Source: Candidatus Omnitrophota bacterium
GTDB taxonomy: Bacteria; Omnitrophota; Gorgyraeia; Pluralincolimonadales; Pluralincolimonadaceae
Length of the DNA stretch: 64,000 nt
Assembly (NCBI GenBank): GCA_028716565.1
Contig: JAQUPL010000005.1
Coordinates: forward strand, 6,379 to 70,378
Direction of reading: 5' to 3'
A program made the position numbers and the translations under genes. Below the pieces are notes generated by a model, which did no database searches, was not told the origin of the DNA, and saw only the letters and a list, made by a program, of their open reading frames with translations. Of this stretch, positions 51,046 to 60,652 are shown one piece after another; position 1 is the stretch's first letter; every line of letters starts with the position of its first letter.

Positions 51046-52400
51046 AGACATTCAGGGGGAAAAAAGTAACGGTGGCAGGGCTCGCGAAAAGCGGGATGGC
51101 AGCGGCATTCCTGCTCAAGTCGCTCGGCGCGAAAGTCTGGGCCACCGATTCCGGGGACTCGCAGAAATTAAGGGAAGCGAAGGGCCTACTCGAGTGGAAA
51201 GGGATAAAAGTCGAGCTCGGGCGGCATACGCCTGAATTCGTGGAAGGAAAAGACCTTATCGTGATAAGCCCGGGAGTACCTGAGGACTCGCAGGTATTGA
51301 AATGGGCGGCGGAGTATAAAGTCCCGGTAATAGGCGAAGTAGAGCTTGGCTATCTCTGCTGCAAGGCGGCTGTAGTCGCGGTCACCGGGACGAACGGGAA
51401 ATCGACTACCACGACGCTGATAGGGGAGATATTAAAAAAGGGCGGCAAGCGCGCGGTCGTCTGCGGCAACATCGGGAACCCGTTCTGCGGCGAGATAGCG
51501 AAGGTCAAGAAGAACTCTGTCGTCGTCCTCGAGGTCAGCTCGTTCCAGCTCGGGAGCATAAAGACGTTCAGGCCGCACGTCGCCGTAATGTTGAATATTT
51601 CGCAGAACCATTTCGACAGGCATCCGGACCTCCGCTCTTATATCAGCGCGAAGGCGCGCATATTCGGGAACCAGGAGAAAGGGGACTGGGCGGTATTGAA
51701 TTACGACGACCCGCTGGTAAGGAAGCTTAAGGAGAAGACGAAGGCGAAGGCGCTCTTATTCTCGCGGAAGAATAAGAGGACGGCGGCCTTCTTCGAGGAC
51801 GGCTCGGTCTTTATCGGCCGCGGCGGGAAGGCGCAGAGAATATGCGGCGCATCGGAACTTAAGATAAAGGGGACGCATAATATCGAGAACATCCTCGCCT
51901 GCCTCTGTGTCGCCTCGATCTTCGGGATAAGCCCGAAGAAGATAAAAGAAGCGCTGGTGGGTTTCAAGGGGTTAGAGCACAGGTTCGAGCACGTTAAGAC
52001 GGTCGGCGGCGTGGAGTTCATAAACGACTCCAAGGGGACTACGGTCCTGGCGACGATGATGGCGCTTGAGTCCTGCGTAAAACCGGTCATACTTATCGCC
52101 GGAGGCCACGACAAGGGAAGCGATTTCCGGAAGGCGCGCCGGGTCGTGGGCGCGAAGGTCAAGAAGCTTGTCCTGATAGGCGAGGCGAAAGAGAAGATAA
52201 GGGACCATCTTATGGGCGCGGCCCCGTATATATTCGCGGAGACGATGGAAGACGCGGTGAAGAAGTCGTTCGGCGAGGCGGAAGAAGGCGATTGCGTACT
52301 CCTTTCGCCGATGTGCGCGAGTTTCGACATGTTCAGGAATTTCGAGGAGCGGGGTCGTGTGTTCAAGGAGATAATCCGCGCGCTCAAAGAGGAGAGATAA
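51042..52400 (+). CDS. murD: UDP-N-acetylmuramoylalanine--D-glutamate ligase
   Basis: GLAKSG Rossmann-like N-domain, AVTGTNGKSTTT P-loop. Confidence 0.9.
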   Translation: MKTFRGKKVTVAGLAKSGMAAAFLLKSLGAKVWATDSGDSQKLREAKGLLEWKGIKVELGRHTPEFVEGKDLIVISPGVPEDSQVLKWAAEYKVPVIGEVELGYLCCKAAVVAVTGTNGKSTTTTLIGEILKKGGKRAVVCGNIGNPFCGEIAKVKKNSVVVLEVSSFQLGSIKTFRPHVAVMLNISQNHFDRHPDLRSYISAKARIFGNQEKGDWAVLNYDDPLVRKLKEKTKAKALLFSRKNKRTAAFFEDGSVFIGRGGKAQRICGASELKIKGTHNIENILACLCVASIFGISPKKIKEALVGFKGLEHRFEHVKTVGGVEFINDSKGTTVLATMMALESCVKPVILIAGGHDKGSDFRKARRVVGAKVKKLVLIGEAKEKIRDHLMGAAPYIFAETMEDAVKKSFGEAEEGDCVLLSPMCASFDMFRNFEERGRVFKEIIRALKEER

Positions 52401-52406
52401 GGCGGA

Positions 52407-53513
52407 GTGAGAAAACTCAGAACGCAGCTTTTCATGGTGACGGTCGTGCTTCTTGCCATCGGCGTCGTTATGGTCTATAGCGCGAGCGCGATAAACGCCC
52501 AGGAATTCCTGAAGGACAGCGCCTATTACCTTAAACGCCATCTCCTGTATCTTTTTATCGGCCTCATCGCGTCGCTGATGGTGATGTCGGTGGATTACAA
52601 TTCCCTGAAGAAATATGTGAAGCCGGTCCTCATCGCCACGTTCGTCCTGCTTATTCTGGTCCTGATCCCGGGGATAAGCCGCGAGATAGCCGGCGCGAGG
52701 CGCTGGTTCAGGTTCTCATTCCTGAGTTTCCAGCCGTCGCAGGTATGCAAGATCGTGATGATACTTTATCTCGCAGATTTCCTTTCGAGGAAACAGGGAG
52801 AGATAAAGAGTTTCAGGGAAGGTTTCATGCCGCCGATGATAATACTCGGCTTCAGCGTCGGGCTGATCCTGCTAGAGCCTGACCTGGGAACCGCGGTCGC
52901 TATAGGCGCCGTCTCGTTCATGATGCTCTTTGTCGCCGGGATCAAATTGAGGCACCTAGTCCCGATGCTGTTGGGCTCGATACCTATACTGGGCGCCCTC
53001 ATATTCCATAAGGCCTACAGGATGAGGAGGATATTTGCTTTTTTGGATCCCTGGAAGGACCCGCAAGGCGTCGGGTTCCAGATAATCCAGTCTTATATAG
53101 CGCTCGGGTCCGGCGGCCCGTTCGGGGTCGGGCTCGGCCAGTCGCGGCAGAAATTGCTCTATCTCCCGGGGGCGCATACGGATTTCATATTTTCCATAAT
53201 CGGGGAGGAACTGGGCCTCATAGGCGCCGGCGCGGTGATAATCCTCTTCGCGCTCTTCATCTGGCTGGGTTTCAGGATAGCGTTGAGGGCGAGGGACCTC
53301 TTTGGGCACCTGGTCGCGCTGGGGGTCGTCTCGATCATTGGGCTCGAGGCGGTCATCAATATCGCCGTCGCGACCGGCTCTATGCCGACTAAGGGGCTGC
53401 CGCTGCCTTTCATAAGCTACGGAGGCTCGTCGCTCGTATTCGATATGATCGGAGTGGCGCTTCTGCTCAATGTCGCCAAATACAGCGAGAGCCCTTACGA
53501 GAAGGAAGAATAA
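52407..53513 (+). CDS. ftsW: peptidoglycan glycosyltransferase FtsW (SEDS family)
   Basis: 10-TM SEDS protein, conserved PTKGLPLPFISYGGSS C-terminal motif; dcw position. Confidence 0.88.
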   Translation: MRKLRTQLFMVTVVLLAIGVVMVYSASAINAQEFLKDSAYYLKRHLLYLFIGLIASLMVMSVDYNSLKKYVKPVLIATFVLLILVLIPGISREIAGARRWFRFSFLSFQPSQVCKIVMILYLADFLSRKQGEIKSFREGFMPPMIILGFSVGLILLEPDLGTAVAIGAVSFMMLFVAGIKLRHLVPMLLGSIPILGALIFHKAYRMRRIFAFLDPWKDPQGVGFQIIQSYIALGSGGPFGVGLGQSRQKLLYLPGAHTDFIFSIIGEELGLIGAGAVIILFALFIWLGFRIALRARDLFGHLVALGVVSIIGLEAVINIAVATGSMPTKGLPLPFISYGGSSLVFDMIGVALLLNVAKYSESPYEKEE

Positions 53514-53516
53514 TTA

Positions 53517-54623
53517 ATGAATCCCGACCATAACGTTTATAAAAACGGGATGAAGATACTTATCGCGTGCGGAGGGACAGGCGGGCATATCTTCCCCGGG
53601 TTGAGCCTTGCCCAGGAGATAAAGGAGAGGGGCGCCGGCGAGGTCCTGCTTGTCGGGACGGACCATCCCCTTGAGATGAGGCTCTTCGGGTCGTTCGATA
53701 TTCCCTACAGGCTTATGCCCGTGGCGAAACTATCTGCGAACCCGGTAAAGTTCCTGAAATTCCTCGCGCGGTTCACCTCGGCTTGCCTGAGGTCCGTCAA
53801 GTTGTTATTTGATTATAAGCCCGATATCGTGGTTGGTTTCGGCGGATACGCCTCATTCCCGATATGCAAATTCGCCGCGCTCACGGGAAAACCGCTTTTT
53901 CTGCACGAGCAGAATTGCGAAGCCGGGCTGGCGAACAGGATATTGGCGCTTCTGGCGAGGCGCGTCGCGGTGAGTTTCAAGGAGACGGAGAAGTCCTTCG
54001 GGAGGAAAGCGGTGTTTACCGGCAACCCGATACGCAAAAAACTCCTGATGACAAAAAGAGAGGATGCGCGGAGGTTTTATAAGTTCAGCCCGGACAAATT
54101 CACGGTCCTTATCCTCGGAGGAAGCCAGGGCGCTCAGAGGATAAATATGATAGTCGGTGATATGCTCGGGATATTGAGCGAAGAGGAGAAGAAACAGATA
54201 AACATACTTCATATCGCCGGCATGAAGAATATCGATGATGTGCGGAAAAAATACGAAGGGAGCGGCGTGGACGGCTGCGTATACGATTTTGTCGGGGATA
54301 TAGGATACGCGTATGCGATGGCAGACCTCATCGTCTCGCGCGCCGGGGCTACGGCGCTCTTTGAGATCGCGGCCCTGGGCAAACCATCGATAATGGTCCC
54401 TTACAGGTTCGCCGGGGGGCACCAGTACCATAATGCCGCCGCGCTCGCAAAGGTTGGCGGGACTATAATTATGGAGGAACTCGGCCTCACGCCGCAGATG
54501 CTGAAGGAAAAAATATTTGAGTTGAAGGATGATAAGGAGAGGTTAAAGTCGATGTCGGACGCGGCGAAAAAATTTGCCGTTCCCGACGCGGCTAAGCGTC
54601 TTACTGATTGTATCATACCTTGA
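53517..54623 (+). CDS. murG: undecaprenyldiphospho-muramoylpentapeptide beta-N-acetylglucosaminyltransferase
   Basis: KILIACGGTGGHIFP N-terminal G-loop, GT-B C-terminal domain. Confidence 0.9.
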   Translation: MNPDHNVYKNGMKILIACGGTGGHIFPGLSLAQEIKERGAGEVLLVGTDHPLEMRLFGSFDIPYRLMPVAKLSANPVKFLKFLARFTSACLRSVKLLFDYKPDIVVGFGGYASFPICKFAALTGKPLFLHEQNCEAGLANRILALLARRVAVSFKETEKSFGRKAVFTGNPIRKKLLMTKREDARRFYKFSPDKFTVLILGGSQGAQRINMIVGDMLGILSEEEKKQINILHIAGMKNIDDVRKKYEGSGVDGCVYDFVGDIGYAYAMADLIVSRAGATALFEIAALGKPSIMVPYRFAGGHQYHNAAALAKVGGTIIMEELGLTPQMLKEKIFELKDDKERLKSMSDAAKKFAVPDAAKRLTDCIIP

Positions 54624-54711
54624 AATTTAACGTCTCGCGAAGAGCCGGTTTATGACGCAGTAGATATTAGATGAAGCGAGTAATAAATAAGGCCGAGCGA
54701 GACTTAAATTT
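54624..54711. repeat. imperfect inverted repeat (AAATTTAACGTCTCGC ... GCGAGACTTAAATTT) spanning murG-murC intergenic gap
   Basis: arms 54624-54639 and 54697-54711, ~57-nt loop; unusually long (112 bp) gap within otherwise tightly packed dcw cluster. Confidence 0.5.
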
Positions 54712-54735
54712 CAAGGGATAAAACAATATTATAAG

Positions 54736-56142
54736 GTGATCATGAAACTAAAAGGTAAGAAGCACATTCATTTCGTCGGCATCGGCGGCATCGGGATGAG
54801 CGCCATCGCCTTCGTCCTGCTCAAGCGGGGCCTTAAGGTCTCCGGCTCGGACGTCAGGCGTTCGCGCATCGTCGAGAAGCTAGAATCGCTCGGCGGCAAA
54901 TTCCACGAAGGCCATCACGAGAAGAACATAGAGGGCGCCGATATCGTTGTATTCTCGTCATCGATCACGCCGGAGAACCCCGAGCTAAAGGCCGCGCGCA
55001 ATAAAAAGATAAAGACGCTCCACCGCGCCGATATGCTCGCCCTGATAATGAACGGCAGGAAAGGGATCGCGGTTACCGGCGCGCACGGCAAGACGACGAC
55101 ATCATCGCTCATCGCCCATATCCTGTACAGGGCGGGGCTCGACCCGACCGCGATCCTCGGCGGCGAGGTGAAATCGCTGGAGGGCAACGCCAGGGTAGGC
55201 AAGGGCGGGCATTTTGTGGTGGAGGCGGACGAGAGCGACGGCTCGTTCGTCCACCTGAAACCGTTCTACGGGGTCATCACGAATATCGACGCCGAGCACC
55301 TCGATTATTACAGGAACATGGGGGAGATAATATCCTGGTACCTGAAATTCGTCGAGAAGATCAAGCCGGGCGGGAAACTCTTCGCCTGCGGCGACTGCGA
55401 TAACTTGAAGCGGGCTCTCCGCGGCTATCCCAAGGAGGTCGTCACCTTCGGCCTTTCGGCCGGCGGCGATATATTTCCCGGGAAGATAAAAATGCACGAC
55501 TCGCATTCCGAGTTCGAGATAATCTACCGCGGCAAGAACCTGGGGCGGGCCGCAATAAACATCCCGGGGATACATAACGTCTCGAACGCAATGGCCGCGT
55601 TCGCCGTGGCGCTGGAGCTGGGCCTTGATTTCGGGACGATAAAGAAGGCGGTCGAGGATTTTACCGGCGCGGCGCGGAGGTTTCAGGTCAAGTATTCCGG
55701 AAACGGGATAAAGGTGATAGACGATTACGCGCACCATCCGGCCGAGATAAAGGCGACCATATTGGCTGCTAAGAACTGGAAACCCAAGCGGCTTATAGCG
55801 GTCTTCCAGCCGCACCGCTTCTCCAGGACAAAGTACCTGAAGGACAGGTTCGGGAACTGTTTCGATGTGGCCGACCGGTTGATACTTACGGATATTTACG
55901 CGGCGTCGGAGGACGAGCTCGATGGCGTCTCCGGCAAAAGCATCTACGAGGAAGTGAAAAAGCACGGCCACAAGGACGTCATATACCTGCCCAAGAAAGA
56001 ATTAAAAGAATATCTCTTGAAGGATATAAAACGCGGTGATATGGTCCTGATGATGGGCGCCGGGGATATTACCTCGATAGCCGGGGAGCTGGCGCAGGAG
56101 CTTTTGAAAAAGAGGGGAAAGATATCAAAAAAGAACCCTTAG
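54736..56142 (+). CDS. murC: UDP-N-acetylmuramate--L-alanine ligase
   Basis: HFVGIGGIGMSA, AVTGAHGKTTTSS P-loop. Confidence 0.9.
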   Translation: MIMKLKGKKHIHFVGIGGIGMSAIAFVLLKRGLKVSGSDVRRSRIVEKLESLGGKFHEGHHEKNIEGADIVVFSSSITPENPELKAARNKKIKTLHRADMLALIMNGRKGIAVTGAHGKTTTSSLIAHILYRAGLDPTAILGGEVKSLEGNARVGKGGHFVVEADESDGSFVHLKPFYGVITNIDAEHLDYYRNMGEIISWYLKFVEKIKPGGKLFACGDCDNLKRALRGYPKEVVTFGLSAGGDIFPGKIKMHDSHSEFEIIYRGKNLGRAAINIPGIHNVSNAMAAFAVALELGLDFGTIKKAVEDFTGAARRFQVKYSGNGIKVIDDYAHHPAEIKATILAAKNWKPKRLIAVFQPHRFSRTKYLKDRFGNCFDVADRLILTDIYAASEDELDGVSGKSIYEEVKKHGHKDVIYLPKKELKEYLLKDIKRGDMVLMMGAGDITSIAGELAQELLKKRGKISKKNP

Positions 56143-56177
56143 GCTTCATAAGGGGCTCGGTCAAGCTCGACGAGCCG

Positions 56178-57017
56178 ATGGACCGCCATACGACATTCAA
56201 GATAGGCGGGCCGGCGGATATTTTTGTCTGTCCGGAGGACGTCGACGACCTGCTGGTAATCCTGCGCTACGCCGTTTCGCATAAAGCGGATTATTTCATG
56301 ATCGGCGGCGGCAGCAAACTCCTGGTCGGGGACAAGGGCATACGGGGGTTTGTCGTCTTTTTAGGAGCGCCGTCCTTTGGCGGGATAGAATTCGACGGAG
56401 ATACGGCCATCGCGGGCTGCGGGATAAAGACCCACGAGCTGATAACGAAGGCCGCGGAGAAGGACCTGGGAGGCCTTGAGTTCCTCGCCGGGATACCCGG
56501 GACGCTCGGCGGCGCCATCACGATGAACGCCGGGTGGCCGTCAAGGGCGATAGGGGATCTCGTCGAGGAGATAACCGCGCTCAAGGACCTCGAGAAGGTG
56601 AAATTGGGCAAAGAGAGCCTTAAATTCTCGTACCGTTCTTCTAACCTCGCCGGTTTGGTCCTGGTTTCAGCGAGGCTCAGGCTGGAAAAGAAGGCCAAGG
56701 ATAAGATAGAGGCCGAAACGAAGAAAAACCTGGAGAAAAAAAGAAAAACGCAGGAGCTCGGCTATCCCAGCGTGGGGAGTATCTTTCTCAACCCGTCGGG
56801 AAGTTCGCCGGCCTGGGAGCTTATAGACAAGTGCGGCTTGAGAGGAAAATCGGTAGGAGGCGCTGCGGTCTCGGAGAAGCACGCGAACTTCATCATAAAC
56901 AGGGGAAATGCCTCGGCGGCCGACGTCAGGAAATTAATAGATGAGATACAAAAAATAGTTTTTAAAGAACATCAAATTATGTTAAAATTAGAGACTAAAT
57001 TAATAGGAGAGTTTTAA
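56178..57017 (+). CDS. murB: UDP-N-acetylenolpyruvoylglucosamine reductase
   Basis: FKIGGPAD FAD-binding N-terminus, GGGSKLL; 279 aa. Confidence 0.88.
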   Translation: MDRHTTFKIGGPADIFVCPEDVDDLLVILRYAVSHKADYFMIGGGSKLLVGDKGIRGFVVFLGAPSFGGIEFDGDTAIAGCGIKTHELITKAAEKDLGGLEFLAGIPGTLGGAITMNAGWPSRAIGDLVEEITALKDLEKVKLGKESLKFSYRSSNLAGLVLVSARLRLEKKAKDKIEAETKKNLEKKRKTQELGYPSVGSIFLNPSGSSPAWELIDKCGLRGKSVGGAAVSEKHANFIINRGNASAADVRKLIDEIQKIVFKEHQIMLKLETKLIGEF

Positions 57018-57919
57018 TGGATAAGGTGGGATCGAGGATAGGGGTCCTGATGGGCGGGCCATCCGCCGAGAGGGACGTCTCCCTGCGCTCGGGAAGGGCC
57101 ATAACAGATGCCCTGTTGAGCAAGGGCTACAACGCGATCCCTATGGAGATATGGCTCCCGACGAGGGACGAACTGAGGTCGGCGGGTATCGACGTCGCCT
57201 TCATCGCCCTCCACGGGACATTCGGCGAGGACGGACAGATACAGACGATATTAGAGGACCTAAGGATACCCTATACCGGTTCGAAAGTAAAAGCGAGCCG
57301 GCTTGGAATGGATAAGATCGCATCGCGTAAGTTATTCAAAAAAGCCGGGCTCAACATCCCGGGATACCACGTGATCGAGAACGGGGCCAGGCCGAAACTG
57401 AAATTCCCGGCGCCGGTCGTCGTCAAACCCTCGGCACAAGGCTCCTCGGTCGGGGTTTCTATAATAGACAAGGTCGAGGGACTGGACGGCGCAATTAAGG
57501 AAGCGTTCAAGTTCGGCGAACAGGTGATCCTCGAGGAGTTCATACACGGAAAGGAGCTTACCGTGGGGGTAGTCGACGACAAGCCGCTGCCCGTAATACA
57601 GGTCGTCCCAAAAAGGCGCTATTACGATGAGGTCGCCAAATATACGGCCGGGATGACCGACTATCTCTGTCCCGCGCCCATATCCGAAGGAGAGGCGAGG
57701 CTCGCGCAGGACGCCGGCATCAGGGCGCATAACGCCCTCGGCTGCAGGTCTTTCTCCAGGGTCGATATGATACTTGACGACGGGGGGAAGATAGTCGTCC
57801 TCGAGGTAAATACGATACCGGGAATGACCCAGCTCAGCCTCCTGCCGAAGGCCGCGAAGACGAGAGGGATGGATTTTCCACTGTTGTGCGAGAAGATGCT
57901 CGAATCGGCTTATAAATAA
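57017..57919 (+). CDS. ddl: D-alanine--D-alanine ligase
   Basis: IGVLMGGPSAEREVS N-terminus, ATP-grasp fold, GYNAIP. Confidence 0.9.
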   Translation: MDKVGSRIGVLMGGPSAERDVSLRSGRAITDALLSKGYNAIPMEIWLPTRDELRSAGIDVAFIALHGTFGEDGQIQTILEDLRIPYTGSKVKASRLGMDKIASRKLFKKAGLNIPGYHVIENGARPKLKFPAPVVVKPSAQGSSVGVSIIDKVEGLDGAIKEAFKFGEQVILEEFIHGKELTVGVVDDKPLPVIQVVPKRRYYDEVAKYTAGMTDYLCPAPISEGEARLAQDAGIRAHNALGCRSFSRVDMILDDGGKIVVLEVNTIPGMTQLSLLPKAAKTRGMDFPLLCEKMLESAYK

Positions 57920-57920
57920 T

Positions 57921-58718
57921 ATGGCGAGAAAAAGGAAATCAGGTTCGGAAGCCTCAAAGCAGTTCAGCGGTTTCATGAAACGCAACAGGGTTGCGGCGGC
58001 CGTCATTGTTATATTCGTGTTGGCCGTGGCAGCGGCCGTCCTGTGGTTTAATAATTTCCTCTCATCAGCACCGTGCTTTGAGGTAAAAAAGGTCGAGATA
58101 GTAAAACCGGGCAGCGAAGGGAACTTATATATACAAGAGGAATATTTTAACCTCGAATATCCCGTCAATTTTTTCACGGTGGATACCGCGGCGCTCGCCG
58201 GCAAAATAAAAGCGGCGCACCCCGAATTCCAGATAGTGGTGATAACCAAGTTCCTGCCCAACCGCATCATCGCGAATATAAAGGACAGGGAGGCGGTGGC
58301 GAGGATAAGGTTTGGGAAAGTCCTGCCAGTGGATTTCGACTGCGTCATCGTCTCGGATACAGGCAGCCTCGATTCGCTCCCCCTTATTACCGGCCTTGAG
58401 TCCCGGCTCGCGGACCCCAAAGAGGGCACGAGGGTGAAGTCGAGGAGGCTCAACACCGCCCTCGATATCCTCCGGCGCATCTATTCGAGGAAGGAGTTCG
58501 CGAGATCGGCGGTCACGACCGTCGATATGACATATCCGGAAAAGGCTTTTTTCGTGATGGGCGGGATGACGATAGTGGTCGGCAATAATGATCTCGACAG
58601 GAAGCTAGATTCGTTGGCCGCGGCACTGAACAATCCAAAGGTGGACAGGTCGAAGATCGATTCGATAGACCTCAGGTTCACCGATGCCGCGGTGACGTTT
58701 AAACCGGAAAAGAAATGA
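57921..58718 (+). CDS. ftsQ: cell division protein FtsQ/DivIB
   Basis: N-terminal TM then POTRA-like and beta domains; between ddl and ftsA. Confidence 0.75.
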   Translation: MARKRKSGSEASKQFSGFMKRNRVAAAVIVIFVLAVAAAVLWFNNFLSSAPCFEVKKVEIVKPGSEGNLYIQEEYFNLEYPVNFFTVDTAALAGKIKAAHPEFQIVVITKFLPNRIIANIKDREAVARIRFGKVLPVDFDCVIVSDTGSLDSLPLITGLESRLADPKEGTRVKSRRLNTALDILRRIYSRKEFARSAVTTVDMTYPEKAFFVMGGMTIVVGNNDLDRKLDSLAAALNNPKVDRSKIDSIDLRFTDAAVTFKPEKK

Positions 58719-59971
58719 AGAAGGTATTAGCCGGACTGGATATAAGCGAGGATTTCGTGACCTGCTCGGTCTGTTCGACCGAGGAGAAGGATACCTTGTC
58801 GCTGTTGGGATCCGCCTCGGTGCCGTCGAGGGGGATGGATAACGGCGCGATATCGGATATAAGCGAGGTAGCTTTGTCGGTCGCCTCAGCCGTCGAAAAG
58901 GCGGAGGCCTCGGCGAAGACAAAGATCGTGTCCCTCGTGACTAACTGCGACGGCGCGAGCCTGCGCGTCTATAACACCAAAGGGAGTGTGACCGTCGCCG
59001 AGAAAGAGAACGAGATAAGCAGGCACGAGGTCGAGCGGGTGACCGAGGCCGCCAGGACGATAGCGCTTCCCTTCGACAGGGAGATAGTCCATTCGATAAC
59101 GCGCGATTTTATCCTCGACGGCCAGGACGGGATCAAGGATCCGACCGGGATGTTCGGCACGCGGCTTGAGGCGGACATGGAATTCGTGACTGCCTTGGTG
59201 ACCAACCTCCACAATGTCAGGAGATCGATAAATACGGCGGGTTTTGAGATCAGGGATATAATCCTCTCGGGCATAGCGGTCGGGCACGCGATACTTGAAG
59301 AACTCGAGAAGGAATTGGGCGTAATATTCATTTTCATCTCCTATTCCGCCACGCATATGATCGTGTATAACGGCGGAGAGATAAGATCCATCGAGATAAT
59401 ACCGGCCGGCAGCGGCGGGATGACCGGGCTCATCGCCGATAATTTCAAGATACCCCGCGAGTACGCGGCAGACCTGTTGAAACGCGAGATATCCCTTGAT
59501 AAGCCCGCGGCCTCCGAACCGGCCGCGCAGGGGAGCGTTTCGCCGGAGGGGGACAAGATAGTCCTGAGACTTGGCGGTTCGAGCCGTTCCCTCTCCAGGA
59601 AGGCCCTCGCCGAGGCGGTAAGGCCGGAGGCCGAGGAGCTCATAAAACAGATAGGAGGCAAACTGAAAGATATGCTTGCCGCCAAGGAAGCCGCGATGGG
59701 TTGCGTGGTCGCCGGCGACCTGACCGCCCTGGGAGGTTTCCTTGAGATGCTGGAATTATCCCTCAGCATGCCCGTGAAGATGGGGCTCGTCAAAGGAGTG
59801 GCCGGGGGGGATATGGCCAGGGCCGGCGCCGGGCAAATAGTTTCGGTCGGGCTGGTAAAATACTGGGCCAGGGAAGGCGCGAAGAAGAAGGCCAGGAGGA
59901 ATATCTTCGGGAACACGCCTTTAGGTAAGCTCGTCGACAGGGTAAACCGGATATTCAGCGAGTATTTCTAA
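58715..59971 (+). CDS. ftsA: cell division protein FtsA
   Basis: actin-fold; SRGMDNGAISDI aligns with E. coli FtsA SRGMDKGGVNDL; C-terminal amphipathic helix LVDRVNRIFSEYF. Confidence 0.9.
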   Translation: MKKVLAGLDISEDFVTCSVCSTEEKDTLSLLGSASVPSRGMDNGAISDISEVALSVASAVEKAEASAKTKIVSLVTNCDGASLRVYNTKGSVTVAEKENEISRHEVERVTEAARTIALPFDREIVHSITRDFILDGQDGIKDPTGMFGTRLEADMEFVTALVTNLHNVRRSINTAGFEIRDIILSGIAVGHAILEELEKELGVIFIFISYSATHMIVYNGGEIRSIEIIPAGSGGMTGLIADNFKIPREYAADLLKREISLDKPAASEPAAQGSVSPEGDKIVLRLGGSSRSLSRKALAEAVRPEAEELIKQIGGKLKDMLAAKEAAMGCVVAGDLTALGGFLEMLELSLSMPVKMGLVKGVAGGDMARAGAGQIVSVGLVKYWAREGAKKKARRNIFGNTPLGKLVDRVNRIFSEYF

Positions 59972-59974
59972 AAG

Positions 59975-60652
59975 ATGATCCCTGAAAATATACGGGGCGT
60001 AAAGGAGCGTATCCGCCTCGCGGCCGGGAAGATAGGAAAGAACGACCGGGATATCACGCTCGTCTGCGTGACCAAGACCGTAGACGTCCCGCGGATAGAA
60101 GAGGCCCTTGCCGCGGGCGTTACGGATATAGGCGAAAACTATGTACAGGCCGCGGAGATAAAATTTAAGGCGATCGAATACAGGGCAAAGTGGCACCTTA
60201 TCGGCCACCTGCAGACAAATAAGGTCAAAGAGGCGGTGAGGATGTTCGATCTCATCCACTCGGTGGATTCCCTGAAATTGGCCGAGGAGATATCGAAACG
60301 GTCGGCCGGGCTCCTGGACCCGAAGAAGGTATTGATAGAGGTCAAGACTTCGGAGGAGGCGACAAAATACGGGGTATTGCCGGAGCAGGCGCTTCCCCTT
60401 ATAGAAAAGATAGCCGTATTACCCCATATAAAGGTCATGGGCCTGATGACGATGGCGCCGTTCACTGAGAACCCGGAGGATTCGAGGCCGTATTTTGAGA
60501 GGTTGAAGAAATTGTCCCTGCTTATCTTGACGAAAAGGATCAGAAATGTGGACATGAGGTATCTCTCGATGGGCATGACCCAGGATTTCGAGGTAGCGAT
60601 AGAGGAAGGCGCGAATATAATAAGGATAGGGCATGCGATATTTGGCGGATAA
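59975..60652 (+). CDS. yggS: YggS family pyridoxal phosphate homeostasis protein
   Basis: LVCVTKT PLP-lysine motif, HLIGHLQTNKV hallmark. Confidence 0.9.
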   Translation: MIPENIRGVKERIRLAAGKIGKNDRDITLVCVTKTVDVPRIEEALAAGVTDIGENYVQAAEIKFKAIEYRAKWHLIGHLQTNKVKEAVRMFDLIHSVDSLKLAEEISKRSAGLLDPKKVLIEVKTSEEATKYGVLPEQALPLIEKIAVLPHIKVMGLMTMAPFTENPEDSRPYFERLKKLSLLILTKRIRNVDMRYLSMGMTQDFEVAIEEGANIIRIGHAIFGG

